This document shows positions 1 to 9,411 of a DNA stretch of 64,000 nt, one piece after another. Made by a program: the position numbers and the translations under genes. The stretch spans positions 1,995 to 65,994 of the forward strand of contig CAYUWC010000002.1 of the NCBI GenBank assembly GCA_964448355.1, in the 5' to 3' direction. The notes beneath the pieces were generated by a model that was not told where the DNA came from, made no database searches, and saw only the letters and a list, made by a program, of their open reading frames with translations. The DNA comes from an uncultured Oscillospiraceae bacterium. Lineage in GTDB: Bacteria > Bacillota > Clostridia > Oscillospirales > UBA644. Numbering within the stretch: position 1 is the stretch's first letter; each line of letters starts with the position of its first letter.

Positions 1-1022
1 CCTGTAAGAAGCTCGCACCTGATATCGAGCGGAGAAAAAAGAGAGGAGAGATTTTCGCAATGTTGAACCGCGAGAACCTCCGTCGGCGCCATCATCGCGG
101 CTTGACATCCGCACATTTTAACATAATACATCAACGCCGCTGCGACCGCCGTTTTTCCGCTGCCGACATCGCCCTGAACAAGGCGCGTCATAGAAAAAGG
201 ACGCTTCATATCGTTGATACATTCGTCGATAACTCTCTTTTGCGCACCTGTAAGCTCAAACGGGAGTGCGGAAAGAAAAACGGACATATCGACTGATTTG
301 TTAAGCGGCAAGGCTGTGCGTTTGCGATTCTTTTTTTTCAACACGGACAAGCCGAGGATAAAATACAGGAGTTCTTCGACAACGAACCGATGCTCGGCAA
401 GCTCCCGATCGTTTGCGTTTTCGGGAAAATGTATTTTTTCGTAAGCTTCTCTTCTGCCGATAAGATCAAAATCCGTAAGTATTTTTTCGGGCAAAGTTTC
501 TTTTATTTGATCGGAATAAGCATTGAGTGCGGAGCGAACGGCAGTCCTGAGCATTTTTTGATTTATACCGCCGGTCAGGGGGTAAACGGGCAGGACGGAA
601 GCGTTTTCGACGAGTTCGACGAAAGGGCTTTTGATCGTTTTAAAAAAACCGGTAGCCTCGCCTTTCCCGTAAAAAATATATTCGCCGCCGTTCATGAGTT
701 TTTCCGCAGTATATTTTTGGTTGAACAAAACAAGCTGCATCGTATCCTGTCCGTCGCTTACAAGGAACGAATAAAGCGTGAGAGAGCCGCCGTGCCCGGT
801 ACGTTTTTCTTTTATATTCGTGACAAGTCGTGCCTTTACGGCGGCAAATTCGCCGTCTTTTATCTCTCTTATGGGAATAACGCGGCTTAGATCGAGATAC
901 GTTCGAGGATAATAATCGAGCAGGTCGCCGACCGTGTTTATTCCAAGCTTCCGAAGGGTCTCGGCCCGTTTGGGACCGACACCCTTCAGATAAGTTATGC
1001 TGTTGTTTAAAGCATTTTCCAT
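1..1022 (-). CDS. recG: ATP-dependent DNA helicase RecG, N-terminal ~340 codons (3' part lies outside the window)
   Basis: Absent from the ORF track because the window edge truncates it. My reverse-strand translation from the ATG at 1022 reads MENALNNSITYLKGVGPKRAETLRKLGINTVGDLLDYYPRTY. The frame stays open to position 1, passing LPFELTGAQKRVIDE, RLVQGDVGSGKTAVAA (helicase motif I) and AAMMAPTEVLAVQH. Confidence 0.85.
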   Translation of the reverse strand, partial: MENALNNSITYLKGVGPKRAETLRKLGINTVGDLLDYYPRTYLDLSRVIPIREIKDGEFAAVKARLVTNIKEKRTGHGGSLTLYSFLVSDGQDTMQLVLFNQKYTAEKLMNGGEYIFYGKGEATGFFKTIKSPFVELVENASVLPVYPLTGGINQKMLRTAVRSALNAYSDQIKETLPEKILTDFDLIGRREAYEKIHFPENANDRELAEHRFVVEELLYFILGLSVLKKKNRKRTALPLNKSVDMSVFLSALPFELTGAQKRVIDECINDMKRPFSMTRLVQGDVGSGKTAVAAALMYYVKMCGCQAAMMAPTEVLAVQHCENLSSLFSPLDIRCELLT

Positions 1023-2404
1023 TTTACGCCGTCTTTTGTGTCCTCAAGAATAATACCTCTTGCCTTGAGTTCGTCTCTGATCTCGTCGGCACGAGCAAAA
1101 TTCCTGTCTTTGCGCGCTTGTTGACGTTCATTGATAAGATCTTCGATCTCGGCTTCGAGCGACGACTTGCCCTGATTGTAAAGCAAGCCCAAAACCGACG
1201 CGAGCGATACGAACCGAGATTTGAGCAGGTTGTAAAACTCTTTTGAGAAACCGCCGTTTGCGACGGTGATATTTATCTCTTTTGCAAATTCGAACAAAAC
1301 CGACAGGGCGTTCGCGGTGTTAAGGTCATCGTCCATATCTTCTTCAAAGCGTGTGACGAATGTGTCGAAGTTTGCGAGAACCGTTTTTTCGTTTTCGGTC
1401 AAACATTCCGCTGCGGCGGAGTTTGTAAGGAAATCGAGGTTATCCGCGCAATTGTAAAGCCTTTCGAGTGCGGCTTTTGCGGAGAGGATAAGATCCGGCT
1501 CGTAGTTGATAGGTGTTTTGTAATGAGCGGAAACGGCGAAATAACGGAGCGGCTCGTAACCGTAAACGGCGGCAAGATCGCGGACCGTAAAGAAATTATT
1601 TTTGGATTTGCTCATTTTTTCGTTGTTTACGTTAACAAAACCGACGTGGAACCACATTTTCGAGAACGTGCAGCCGTTTGCGCATTCGGACTGTGCTATT
1701 TCGTTTTCGTGGTGCGGGAAACGCAGGTCGCTGCCGCCGCAATGGATATCGATCGTATCGCCGAGATAACGTTTTGCCATCGCGCTGCATTCGATATGCC
1801 AGCCGGGTCTGCCGTAGCCCCAGGGCGAGAGCCATGACGGTTCGCCGGGTTTTGCGCCTTTCCAGAGAGCGAAGTCGAGCGCGTCTTTTTTGCGTTCGTC
1901 AACGCTTATACGCGCACCGGACGCAAGATCGTCGATAGACTGGCCGAAAAGCTTGCCGTATTCGGGAAAACTGCGCACGCTGAAATACACGTCGTTATCA
2001 ACGACATATGCGTGACCTTTTTCGATAAGCGTTGAAACAAGATTGATTATCTGATCCATGTTTTCGGTTGCGAGCGGATGAACGGTCGCGCGCTTTATGT
2101 TAAGCCCGTCTGCGTCGGTGAAATATTCCGCCATATATTTTTGGGAGATATCGGAATAAGTTACGCCCTCGGCAGCGGCTTTGTTGATTATTTTATCGTC
2201 AACATCGGTAAAGTTCTGAACAAAATTTACCGTATAGCCTTTATATTCGAGATAGCGGCGCAGAACGTCGTAAACGATAAAGGATCTGCCGTTGCCTATA
2301 TGGAAAAAGTTATATACGGTCGGACCGCAGGCATAAATGCGGACCGTATTGTCTTTAACAACAAGGGGTTCTTTGCGCCCCGTCATGGAATTAAAAAGTT
2401 GCAT
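1007..2404 (-). CDS. cysS: cysteine--tRNA ligase
   Basis: 465-aa ORF with class I synthetase signatures FHIGNGRS (HIGH-type) and KMSKSKNN (KMSKS) readable in the translation. Its 3' end overlaps the recG start by 16 nt. Confidence 0.95.
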   Translation of the reverse strand: MQLFNSMTGRKEPLVVKDNTVRIYACGPTVYNFFHIGNGRSFIVYDVLRRYLEYKGYTVNFVQNFTDVDDKIINKAAAEGVTYSDISQKYMAEYFTDADGLNIKRATVHPLATENMDQIINLVSTLIEKGHAYVVDNDVYFSVRSFPEYGKLFGQSIDDLASGARISVDERKKDALDFALWKGAKPGEPSWLSPWGYGRPGWHIECSAMAKRYLGDTIDIHCGGSDLRFPHHENEIAQSECANGCTFSKMWFHVGFVNVNNEKMSKSKNNFFTVRDLAAVYGYEPLRYFAVSAHYKTPINYEPDLILSAKAALERLYNCADNLDFLTNSAAAECLTENEKTVLANFDTFVTRFEEDMDDDLNTANALSVLFEFAKEINITVANGGFSKEFYNLLKSRFVSLASVLGLLYNQGKSSLEAEIEDLINERQQARKDRNFARADEIRDELKARGIILEDTKDGVKWKML

Positions 2405-2424
2405 TGGTCAAATTCTCCCGTAAA

Positions 2425-3036
2425 TCAGTCTTTTATATACTGTTTCATCGATAAATAATATGGTATTGCGGAAATAACGGAATAGATCGCTGCGATCCAG
2501 AGCAGGATCTGCGGGATCATAAGGTTGCAGACGTTTTGTCCGTTAACAACAGACGGGTCACCCAAAAGATCGGCGGGAAGAAGTGCTACGAACACGAACA
2601 TCGTGCCTATTGCGATGCCCTGAAGCGTTGTTTTGACTTTGCCCCAGTAATTTGCTGCCACGACCGTACCTTTGCCTGCCGCACCGAGGCGAAGACCCGT
2701 AACGAAAAACTCGCGTGCGAGGATAAGGACTACGGGGACAGACGAGAGCACGTCAAGCTCTATAAACGCCATAAGGACGCTTAAAACAAGAAGCTTGTCG
2801 GCAATGGGATCGAGGAATTTTCCGAAATTCGTCACGGCGTCGAAACGTCTTGCTATTTTTCCGTCAACGGCGTCGGACAGTATTGCGACCCCGAAAATAA
2901 TACCGCTTATAAGGAATCTTGTTTGAACGGTAAAGTTTGCGGTGATCGGGCTTTCAAGCATAAAAAGGAGGATAAACGGAACGAGGACCATTCGGAATAT
3001 ACATATCATATTCGGGACTTTTTTTATCATAATCAT
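2425..3036 (-). CDS. pgsA: CDP-diacylglycerol--glycerol-3-phosphate 3-phosphatidyltransferase
   Basis: 203-aa polytopic ORF carrying the CDP-alcohol phosphatidyltransferase motif DAVDGKIARRFDAVTNFGKFLDPIADK. It has a 4-nt overlap with the rimO stop. Confidence 0.85.
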   Translation of the reverse strand: MIMIKKVPNMICIFRMVLVPFILLFMLESPITANFTVQTRFLISGIIFGVAILSDAVDGKIARRFDAVTNFGKFLDPIADKLLVLSVLMAFIELDVLSSVPVVLILAREFFVTGLRLGAAGKGTVVAANYWGKVKTTLQGIAIGTMFVFVALLPADLLGDPSVVNGQNVCNLMIPQILLWIAAIYSVISAIPYYLSMKQYIKD

Positions 3037-4343
3037 TCACAGACCTTTCCATAAAAATCGTATGTATCGTAAACATTAAGTGTTACACGGCAAAAGCTGC
3101 CTTCTTCGACAGGGTCGTCGGACGAGAAATATACTCTGCCGTCGATATCGGGGGCTTGAAAATACGTGCGGCCGGTATACAGTTCTTTTTCTTCGTCATA
3201 CCCCTCGCAGAGCACGTCGAACGTTTTACCGAGAAATTCGCGGTTGATGCTTTCCAAAAGCGTCATCTGAATATCCATAATGATATCCGCTCTTCTCTCC
3301 TTGACCTCCTGCTCGATCTGGCCGTGCATTCTTCCGGCTTTTGTGCCCTCTTCGCGCGAGTATGTGAAAACTCCGAGGTTGTTAAACCGTGATGTTTTAA
3401 CAAAATTACACAGTATCTCAAAATCTTCCTCGGTTTCGTGCGGAAAACCGGAAATGAACGTTGTGCGAAGCGACACGCCGGGAATACGGTCGCGAAGCTT
3501 GCAAATAAGTGCGGTAAGCTCGCTGTCGCTCATCGAACGGTCCATAAGCTTGAGGATATGCTCCGATGCGTGTTGAAGCGGAACATCGATATATTTAACA
3601 AGTTTTTCTTCCGTCGCCATAAGGTCGATAAGCTCGTCGGATATCTCTTCGGGTCTGCAATACAGGATACGTACCCAACGCACGCTGTCTATTGCTGCGA
3701 TTCGTTTTATCAGTTTGCAAAGATCGGGGTATGCGGTGGTGTCCTGCGCGATAAGGTTTATTTCAACGGCGCCGTTTGCCGCCAAAGCTTCGGCCTCGGC
3801 AACGACCTCGTCAAAATCCCTCGGCATAAACTCGCCTCTTACAGACGGTATAACGCAGTACGCGCAGTGGTTCGAACACCCGTCCGCGATCTTGAGAAAA
3901 ACGGAATAATTCGACGATGTGAGTATACGCGGGCCTGTCGGCGTGGCGGAGCAGAGAGGCTCGTAATGTTCGAACTTTTCTTCGTCGGGGCTTTCGATCG
4001 CTTCGATTATTTTATCGAAGCTTTTGCTGCCCAGAACGGCGTCGACCTGCGGGATCGATTCGATTATCTCATCTCTGTAACGTTCGGCAAGGCAGCCGGT
4101 AACGATAAGTTTTTTACAGTTGCCGTTATTTTTTTCTTCGGCGGCACGCAGGATATTTTCGATACTTTCGTCCTTTGCCTTATCTATAAACGTGCAGGTA
4201 TGAACGATTATAACATCGCATTCGCTTTCGTCGGCGCAGATCTCGCAACCGGCATTTTCAAGCATAGACAGCATTACTTCCGCGTCTATTCTGTTTTTTT
4301 CGCAGCCGAGAGCTATCATCCCGACCTTTGTATTTTCAATCAA
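3033..4343 (-). CDS. rimO: ribosomal protein S12 methylthiotransferase RimO (MiaB-family radical SAM enzyme)
   Basis: N-terminal MTTase domain (GMIALGCEKNRIDAEV), radical-SAM cysteine motif CSNHCAYCVIP, and a C-terminal TRAM-like tail. The rimO-pgsA adjacency is common in Firmicutes. The start is uncertain: the track ORF extends to 4427. I prefer the in-frame TTG at 4343, which follows GAGGAAG, or the ATG at 4319. Confidence 0.8.
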   Translation of the reverse strand: MIENTKVGMIALGCEKNRIDAEVMLSMLENAGCEICADESECDVIIVHTCTFIDKAKDESIENILRAAEEKNNGNCKKLIVTGCLAERYRDEIIESIPQVDAVLGSKSFDKIIEAIESPDEEKFEHYEPLCSATPTGPRILTSSNYSVFLKIADGCSNHCAYCVIPSVRGEFMPRDFDEVVAEAEALAANGAVEINLIAQDTTAYPDLCKLIKRIAAIDSVRWVRILYCRPEEISDELIDLMATEEKLVKYIDVPLQHASEHILKLMDRSMSDSELTALICKLRDRIPGVSLRTTFISGFPHETEEDFEILCNFVKTSRFNNLGVFTYSREEGTKAGRMHGQIEQEVKERRADIIMDIQMTLLESINREFLGKTFDVLCEGYDEEKELYTGRTYFQAPDIDGRVYFSSDDPVEEGSFCRVTLNVYDTYDFYGKVCE

Positions 4344-4971
4344 TTGAATCTTCCTCGTTTTCACAATATTTTTCATAGGCTTTTTTGATCGTTTCAAAAT
4401 CAAAGCCCTTTGCGCCGAAAGACGCAAACAGTTTTTTTAACACGGCTTTGTCTTCCACCGCAGCGCCCTTAAGCTTTTTTTTTATTTCTTTTAACACGGC
4501 TTTAACACCGTCGTCCTCGCCGTACATCTCGTCAAGGAGCAGTTCTGCGTCCTCTCGCGGAATACCGGACTTTGTCAGGTCAAACATGATCTGCTTTTTG
4601 CCGACTTTTGTTTTTTTGCGTTCGATAAGCCGCTCGGCGTAACGTCGATCGTCGATATAACCGAGCTCGGCGACTTTTTCGGCGGCGGCAAATGCGATCT
4701 GTTTTCGATAGCCTTTATGTTCAAGTCTGTCCGCAAGCTCTTTAACGGAAAAATCACGATATTCGAGCAGAAAAAGAGAATGGCGAACTGCTTTGCGTAT
4801 TTCGGAATCCGTTTTGAGGCAATCCAAAGCTTCGTCGTTGAACGTTTTGCCGACGAACAGATCGTTATCCGCAATAAAGCCGGGATCTGCGGAAAAACAG
4901 TATTCGTCGTTAACGAATATGTTTAACAAATTACCCTTTTGCTGAGGGCTTATCGCCGTAAGTTTATACAT
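4336..4971 (-). CDS. recX: recombination regulator RecX
   Basis: 211-aa helical-repeat protein immediately downstream of recA, the conserved recA-recX arrangement. The assignment rests mainly on position, size and composition. Confidence 0.75.
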   Translation of the reverse strand: MYKLTAISPQQKGNLLNIFVNDEYCFSADPGFIADNDLFVGKTFNDEALDCLKTDSEIRKAVRHSLFLLEYRDFSVKELADRLEHKGYRKQIAFAAAEKVAELGYIDDRRYAERLIERKKTKVGKKQIMFDLTKSGIPREDAELLLDEMYGEDDGVKAVLKEIKKKLKGAAVEDKAVLKKLFASFGAKGFDFETIKKAYEKYCENEEDSID

Positions 4972-4976
4972 ATATT

Positions 4977-6059
4977 TTATTCAAAATCTTCGGCGGAAAC
5001 ATCGATGGAAGCTTTTGTTCTTGCAACGTCGGGTTCGGACTTGGATTTGATCACGTCCGTAAGATCTTCGCCGGACTTTTTGAGAGATGCGGTGATCTTT
5101 GCTTCAAGCTCGTTGCGAAGCTCTTCGTTTGAACGAATGATCTCACGGCAATTATCTCTGCCCTGACCGAGACGATTTCCGTCGTAAGAGAACCATGCGC
5201 CGGATTTTTGAACGATATCGAGTTTTACCGCAATATCGAGTATCTCGCCGTCACGTGAAATGCCCTTGCCGTACAGGATATCGAACTCCGCTTCTTTAAA
5301 CGGGGGTGCGACTTTGTTTTTAACAACTTTAACACGTGTTCTCGAACCGATAACTTCGCCGCCGACTTTGAGATTTTCGACTCTGCGAACGTCCAAACGA
5401 ACCGATGCGTAAAACTTCAAGGCACGTCCGCCGGTAGTGGTTTCCGGATTACCGTAAACAACGCCGACTTTTTCACGGAGCTGGTTGATAAATACGACTA
5501 CGCACATCGATTTGGATATTGCGCCCGCAAGCTTTCTTAACGCCTGAGACATAAGTCTTGCATGAAGACCGACGTGGCTGTCGCCCATATCGCCCTCTAT
5601 TTCCTGTTTGGGAACAAGTGCGGCAACGGAGTCGACGATTATAATATCAACGGCACCGGAACGAACGAGCGTTTCGGTTATCTCAAGCGCCTGTTCGCCG
5701 TTATCGGGCTGAGAGACGAGCAAAGAATCGATATCTACGCCGAGATTTCTCGCATAAGCGGGGTCAAGAGCGTGTTCGGCGTCGATAAAAGCGGCAGTAC
5801 CGCCCTGTTTTTGGCTTTCGGCAACCATGTGCAGCGCAACGGTCGTTTTACCGGAGCTTTCCGGACCGTATATTTCAACGATCCTGCCTTTCGGCACGCC
5901 GCCTATACCGAGCGCCATATCAAGAGAAAACGATCCCGTGGATATAGAATCTATGTTCATAGCCGCATTTTGACCGAGAAGCATTACGGAGCCTTTGCCG
6001 TATTGCTTTTCTATTTGCGCAAGAGCAGTATCAAGCGCTTTCTTTTTTCCTTCCTGCAT
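4977..6059 (-). CDS. recA: recombinase RecA
   Basis: 360-aa ORF with [28 protein letters not shown] (Walker A) and IIVDSVAAL, which is unmistakable RecA sequence. Confidence 0.98.
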   Translation of the reverse strand: MQEGKKKALDTALAQIEKQYGKGSVMLLGQNAAMNIDSISTGSFSLDMALGIGGVPKGRIVEIYGPESSGKTTVALHMVAESQKQGGTAAFIDAEHALDPAYARNLGVDIDSLLVSQPDNGEQALEITETLVRSGAVDIIIVDSVAALVPKQEIEGDMGDSHVGLHARLMSQALRKLAGAISKSMCVVVFINQLREKVGVVYGNPETTTGGRALKFYASVRLDVRRVENLKVGGEVIGSRTRVKVVKNKVAPPFKEAEFDILYGKGISRDGEILDIAVKLDIVQKSGAWFSYDGNRLGQGRDNCREIIRSNEELRNELEAKITASLKKSGEDLTDVIKSKSEPDVARTKASIDVSAEDFE

Positions 6060-6231
6060 CAGAGAAACCTCCTGGTATTTCCGTATAATTATTTTTCTTT
6101 TATTTTTAATTTATAAGCAATAACGATTTCTCGTTTTTTTAGTGACTATCCTCGCTTTTTAATGACGATCCTCGTTTTTGTTAAAACCGGATCCGTCTTA
6201 AAACAAGAACTTTGCGTCATTTATTGTTTTT

Positions 6232-6260
6232 ATTATATATCATTTTGCGTGAAAAGTCAA
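6232..6260 (-). promoter_or_regulatory. sigma-A-type promoter upstream of recA
   Basis: The reverse strand reads TTGACT, then a 17-nt spacer, then TATAAT (-35 at 6255-6260, -10 at 6232-6237). This predicts a ~165-nt 5' leader. Confidence 0.6.
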
Positions 6261-6286
6261 TAGCTTTTATCAATATACGTGATAAA

Positions 6287-6913
6287 TCACACGTTAACAC
6301 ACGTGATTCCGTTCAACAGCATATTGTATGCCGCAAAAGTTTGAAACTCATCGGCGTTATGAGATTCTGCGGAAAAAGTTCTGCATGCATTCATAACGAC
6401 AATTATTTTTACGGACCTGTCTCTTTCGTTAAAAAAAGAGCGAAGCGACAGTGCAAGCTGCATAACGTCGATATCCGTAAGTGCGCCTGCGATGATAAAA
6501 TTGTCGAGAGTATCGGCATTATCCGCGAACCAACGTAAAAAAGCGTTGGAAAACATCGGATTTGCGCAGTTTTTTACAACAACATCGGACGAAGACGTGA
6601 ATTTTTCCAGCTCGTCGATTATTTGTCGATCGGCATCGGCAGTGCAATGTTCAGGGAAAACTTTAAGTTCGGGGCTTTTGTTCGAGTGATAATCGACAAC
6701 GAAAACACGCCTGCAGTAAAGCAGATACTCGTTTATCCGAACGAGGCTTTGTATTGCCGACGCAAAGTGCCCGTAACGGAACGGCCCGTGTTTAAAAAAG
6801 CCGTTGACCGTATTTATGTTGATTATGGCTGTTCTCTCCGGGTCGAGAAGCAGCTTGCGGATATTAAAAGTGTTGTCTGAAACAACTTTTTCCATATGAC
6901 CGAAAATTTTCAT
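6287..6913 (-). CDS. isochorismatase/cysteine-hydrolase-fold protein with a non-canonical catalytic triad
   Basis: By eye the sequence aligns to nicotinamidase/isochorismatase landmarks. ININTVNGFF matches VDxQNDF, FPEHC matches DHC, VVVKNCANPMFSN matches the lysine region, and IIAGALTDIDV matches GxxTDxCV. The start is uncertain (ATG at 6913 or TTG at 6961). Confidence 0.5.
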   Translation of the reverse strand: MKIFGHMEKVVSDNTFNIRKLLLDPERTAIININTVNGFFKHGPFRYGHFASAIQSLVRINEYLLYCRRVFVVDYHSNKSPELKVFPEHCTADADRQIIDELEKFTSSSDVVVKNCANPMFSNAFLRWFADNADTLDNFIIAGALTDIDVMQLALSLRSFFNERDRSVKIIVVMNACRTFSAESHNADEFQTFAAYNMLLNGITCVNV

Positions 6914-7012
6914 ATAAATTCCAATTCCGCCGTTGTGCGGCTTATGTTTATCACGTCGCAAATTATGTGTTAAACGGGCGAAAATAATTTCGATTTACGT
7001 TTAACATTCACG

Positions 7013-8449
7013 CTATCCTCGGCATTTTTCGACAAACGCTTTTCTGTCGTTTTCTTTAAACAATGCGGTGCCGATCACGGCAAGAGTGACTCCGGAGCGG
7101 GAGACGATGCCGATATTTTCGGATGTTACGCCGCCGTCGGCTTCGATCTCGACGAAAAGGTCGCGTCTGCGGATCTCATAGCGAAGCTTTCTGACTTTTT
7201 CAAGGCAGTCCGTCATCAGTTTTTGACCGCCGAAACCGGGTTCGACCGTCATTATGTTAACACACTTAAGTCTGTCAAGATACGGATATATCACCTCGAC
7301 GGGCGTTTGGGGCTTGATCGAGACGGAAGGCATAACGTTTAGCGATTCCATAAGGTCAAGCAGTTCGGAAAGGTTTTCGTCGATCTCGTAATGTACGCTT
7401 ATCATATCCGCGCCGGCACGTGCAAAACGCTCGATATACCGAGACGGATTATCTATCATAAGGTGCAGATCTATCGGGACATCTGTGGCTTTTTTAACAG
7501 CCGTAACTATCGGCAGCCCGAACGAGATGTTCGGAACAAAATGCCCGTCCATAACATCGATATGTATAAAATCGGCGTTTTCGACGGAGCGAAGCTCGTC
7601 TTCCAGACGCAAAACGTCGCAGGAAAGGATCGACGGAGCTATGCGTATCTTTCGGCGGACGGAATAATAATCCTCCGGAACGGGATCGGGTGTAGAAAAA
7701 AGGTTCGGGTCAAACTGCAAAAGGAGTGAAACGAAGTCGGCCGTTTTGGCGGCATCCGCGACGATACATTCGGCGTCGCCGAAGCTGCCCGTGTGAGCTA
7801 TACCCTTTGCAAGCAAAGGTGTTTTAAGCTTGCCGTAATTATCGGAAACGTGGCCGACCAAGCTTTGATGCCTGTGCATGCACCGGTCAAGATACGTTCC
7901 GTCCGGCATTTTTATTTTGAACATATGTTTTTGCGCAGACAATCTGTCGGGGATATCTGCCCACTCTTCCACGCCGTGGATAAACGTAAATTTTGTAAGC
8001 GGGCAGCCGACGAATAAAATTTTTGCATGTTCGTCTATAAGTCTGCCCCAGCAACCGTTTCTCGGGCATGGAGTTTCGGCATTTTCTTCGCCTTTAACAT
8101 ACTCGGCGGCTTTTGCGCCGCAATTTGCGCTGAGAGCGGCGACGGAGTGTGTCGGGTGAAGAGAGCGGACGACGCCCTCGCGTTTCATAAAAAGGTTTGT
8201 AAGTATTCCGACGCAGGAGGGTTCCGTTTCGGGGTCAAACACATAATGTCCGTCACGGACCGTATCCCATGAATGTGTCGGAAAAATCAGCATCCCGTCG
8301 GAAAAATATTCGCAAAAAGCGTCGAGCACGGTATCGGCGCCGCCAGCAACACTGCCGACGGCTTTCATCGACGAATGGACAAGCACGGTATCCCACGGGA
8401 AAAAGTTCATTTCGGCAAGCTGCCGTTTAAGGTCTTCTTTTGTATACAT
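7013..8449 (-). CDS. fusion protein: AAC(3)-family N-acetyltransferase domain plus ribulose-phosphate 3-epimerase domain
   Basis: The N-terminal ~260 aa show AAC(3) landmarks: VLVHSSMKAVGSVAGGADTVLDAF, MLIFPTHSW and RSLHPTHSVAA. The C-terminal ~210 aa are classic Rpe: IAPSILSCD, IHIDVMDGHFVPNISFG, DLHLM, MTVEPGFGGQ and IEADGG. It is one uninterrupted frame, and its start overlaps the ymdB stop (TAATG). Confidence 0.8.
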   Translation of the reverse strand: MYTKEDLKRQLAEMNFFPWDTVLVHSSMKAVGSVAGGADTVLDAFCEYFSDGMLIFPTHSWDTVRDGHYVFDPETEPSCVGILTNLFMKREGVVRSLHPTHSVAALSANCGAKAAEYVKGEENAETPCPRNGCWGRLIDEHAKILFVGCPLTKFTFIHGVEEWADIPDRLSAQKHMFKIKMPDGTYLDRCMHRHQSLVGHVSDNYGKLKTPLLAKGIAHTGSFGDAECIVADAAKTADFVSLLLQFDPNLFSTPDPVPEDYYSVRRKIRIAPSILSCDVLRLEDELRSVENADFIHIDVMDGHFVPNISFGLPIVTAVKKATDVPIDLHLMIDNPSRYIERFARAGADMISVHYEIDENLSELLDLMESLNVMPSVSIKPQTPVEVIYPYLDRLKCVNIMTVEPGFGGQKLMTDCLEKVRKLRYEIRRRDLFVEIEADGGVTSENIGIVSRSGVTLAVIGTALFKENDRKAFVEKCRG

Positions 8450-9198
8450 TACAGAGTAATCCTCACGATAAATTTCTTTTCTGTATCGGCATAGACCGCA
8501 TTGATAACGGGGTCAGCCTCTTCTTGTTCGAGCGGAACATATGCACGGGTCAGAAATCTTGATATGGCAGGATCGATCTTCGCGCCGAGGACGGAAACTT
8601 TTGCGCCTGTCATACCGACGTCGGTAATATAAGCCGTTCCTTTCGGCAAAAACTGTTCGTCCGCAGTGGGAACGTGGGTATGTGTTCCGAAAAAGCAACC
8701 GACGCGACCGTCGAGATAAAAGCCGAGAGCGCGTTTTTCGCTTGTTGCTTCGGCGTGAAAATCGACGATAATAAAAGCGTCTTTATTGCGTTCGATTATC
8801 CTGTCTGCCTCATAAAACGGGTTATCGGCAGGTTCAAGCCCGACCTGACCGGCGAGAGAAACGACGGCGATCTTCCCTTTTGCGGTATCGAGATGCGCCG
8901 TGCCGCAGCCGGGAGAACCGGAGGGGTAGTTTGCGGGGCGAACGATATAGCCGCAATCGTCCAAAAAATCGTAAACGCTCGGTTGCCGAAAAGCGTGGTT
9001 GCCGAGAGTTATAACATCGACACCGGCGTAGCGGAGCTGTTCGGCTTCATCTTTGGTTATTCCGTTTTTACGATCAACATTTTCGCCGTTGGCGACGACG
9101 ATATCGCAAGGGTATTTTTCTTTGAGCTTGTTTATATTTTTTTTCAGATGAACAAGGCCCGCATTGCCGACGATATCGCCTATAAAAAGTACACGCAT
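8449..9198 (-). CDS. ymdB: YmdB-family metallophosphoesterase (2',3'-cyclic-nucleotide 2'-phosphodiesterase-like)
   Basis: MRVLFIGDIVGNAG, VVANGEN, TLGNHAF and DFHAEATSEK match the YmdB family. I trimmed the track ORF (which ends at 9552) to the ATG at 9198. The upstream extension is low-complexity and overlaps the ispD promoter and gene. Confidence 0.85.
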   Translation of the reverse strand: MRVLFIGDIVGNAGLVHLKKNINKLKEKYPCDIVVANGENVDRKNGITKDEAEQLRYAGVDVITLGNHAFRQPSVYDFLDDCGYIVRPANYPSGSPGCGTAHLDTAKGKIAVVSLAGQVGLEPADNPFYEADRIIERNKDAFIIVDFHAEATSEKRALGFYLDGRVGCFFGTHTHVPTADEQFLPKGTAYITDVGMTGAKVSVLGAKIDPAISRFLTRAYVPLEQEEADPVINAVYADTEKKFIVRITL

Positions 9199-9310
9199 AT
9201 ATACACTCGAAAAATAACGACATTCGATCGTCGTTTGATAAGAGCCGTGTTTGTCGACAAAAAGCAACCTTGAAAAAGCATTTTTACGGACAAAAAACTT
9301 CTCTTCTATC

Positions 9311-9339
9311 ATTATATACCAATTTTCAAAAAAAATCAA
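9311..9339 (-). promoter_or_regulatory. candidate sigma-A promoter for ymdB
   Basis: The reverse strand reads TTGATT, then 17 nt, then TATAAT (-35 at 9334-9339, -10 at 9311-9316). Confidence 0.45.
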
Positions 9340-9350
9340 TAAGCTGACCC

Positions 9351-9378
9351 TTGACAAATGGAAAAAAAAACGTATAAT
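9351..9378 (+). promoter_or_regulatory. candidate sigma-A promoter for ispD
   Basis: TTGACA (9351-9356), then 16 nt, then TATAAT (9373-9378). It is divergent from the ymdB promoter. Confidence 0.55.
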
Positions 9379-9411
9379 ATTGTGTGATATGATATTATTT
9401 ATAATGGAAGA

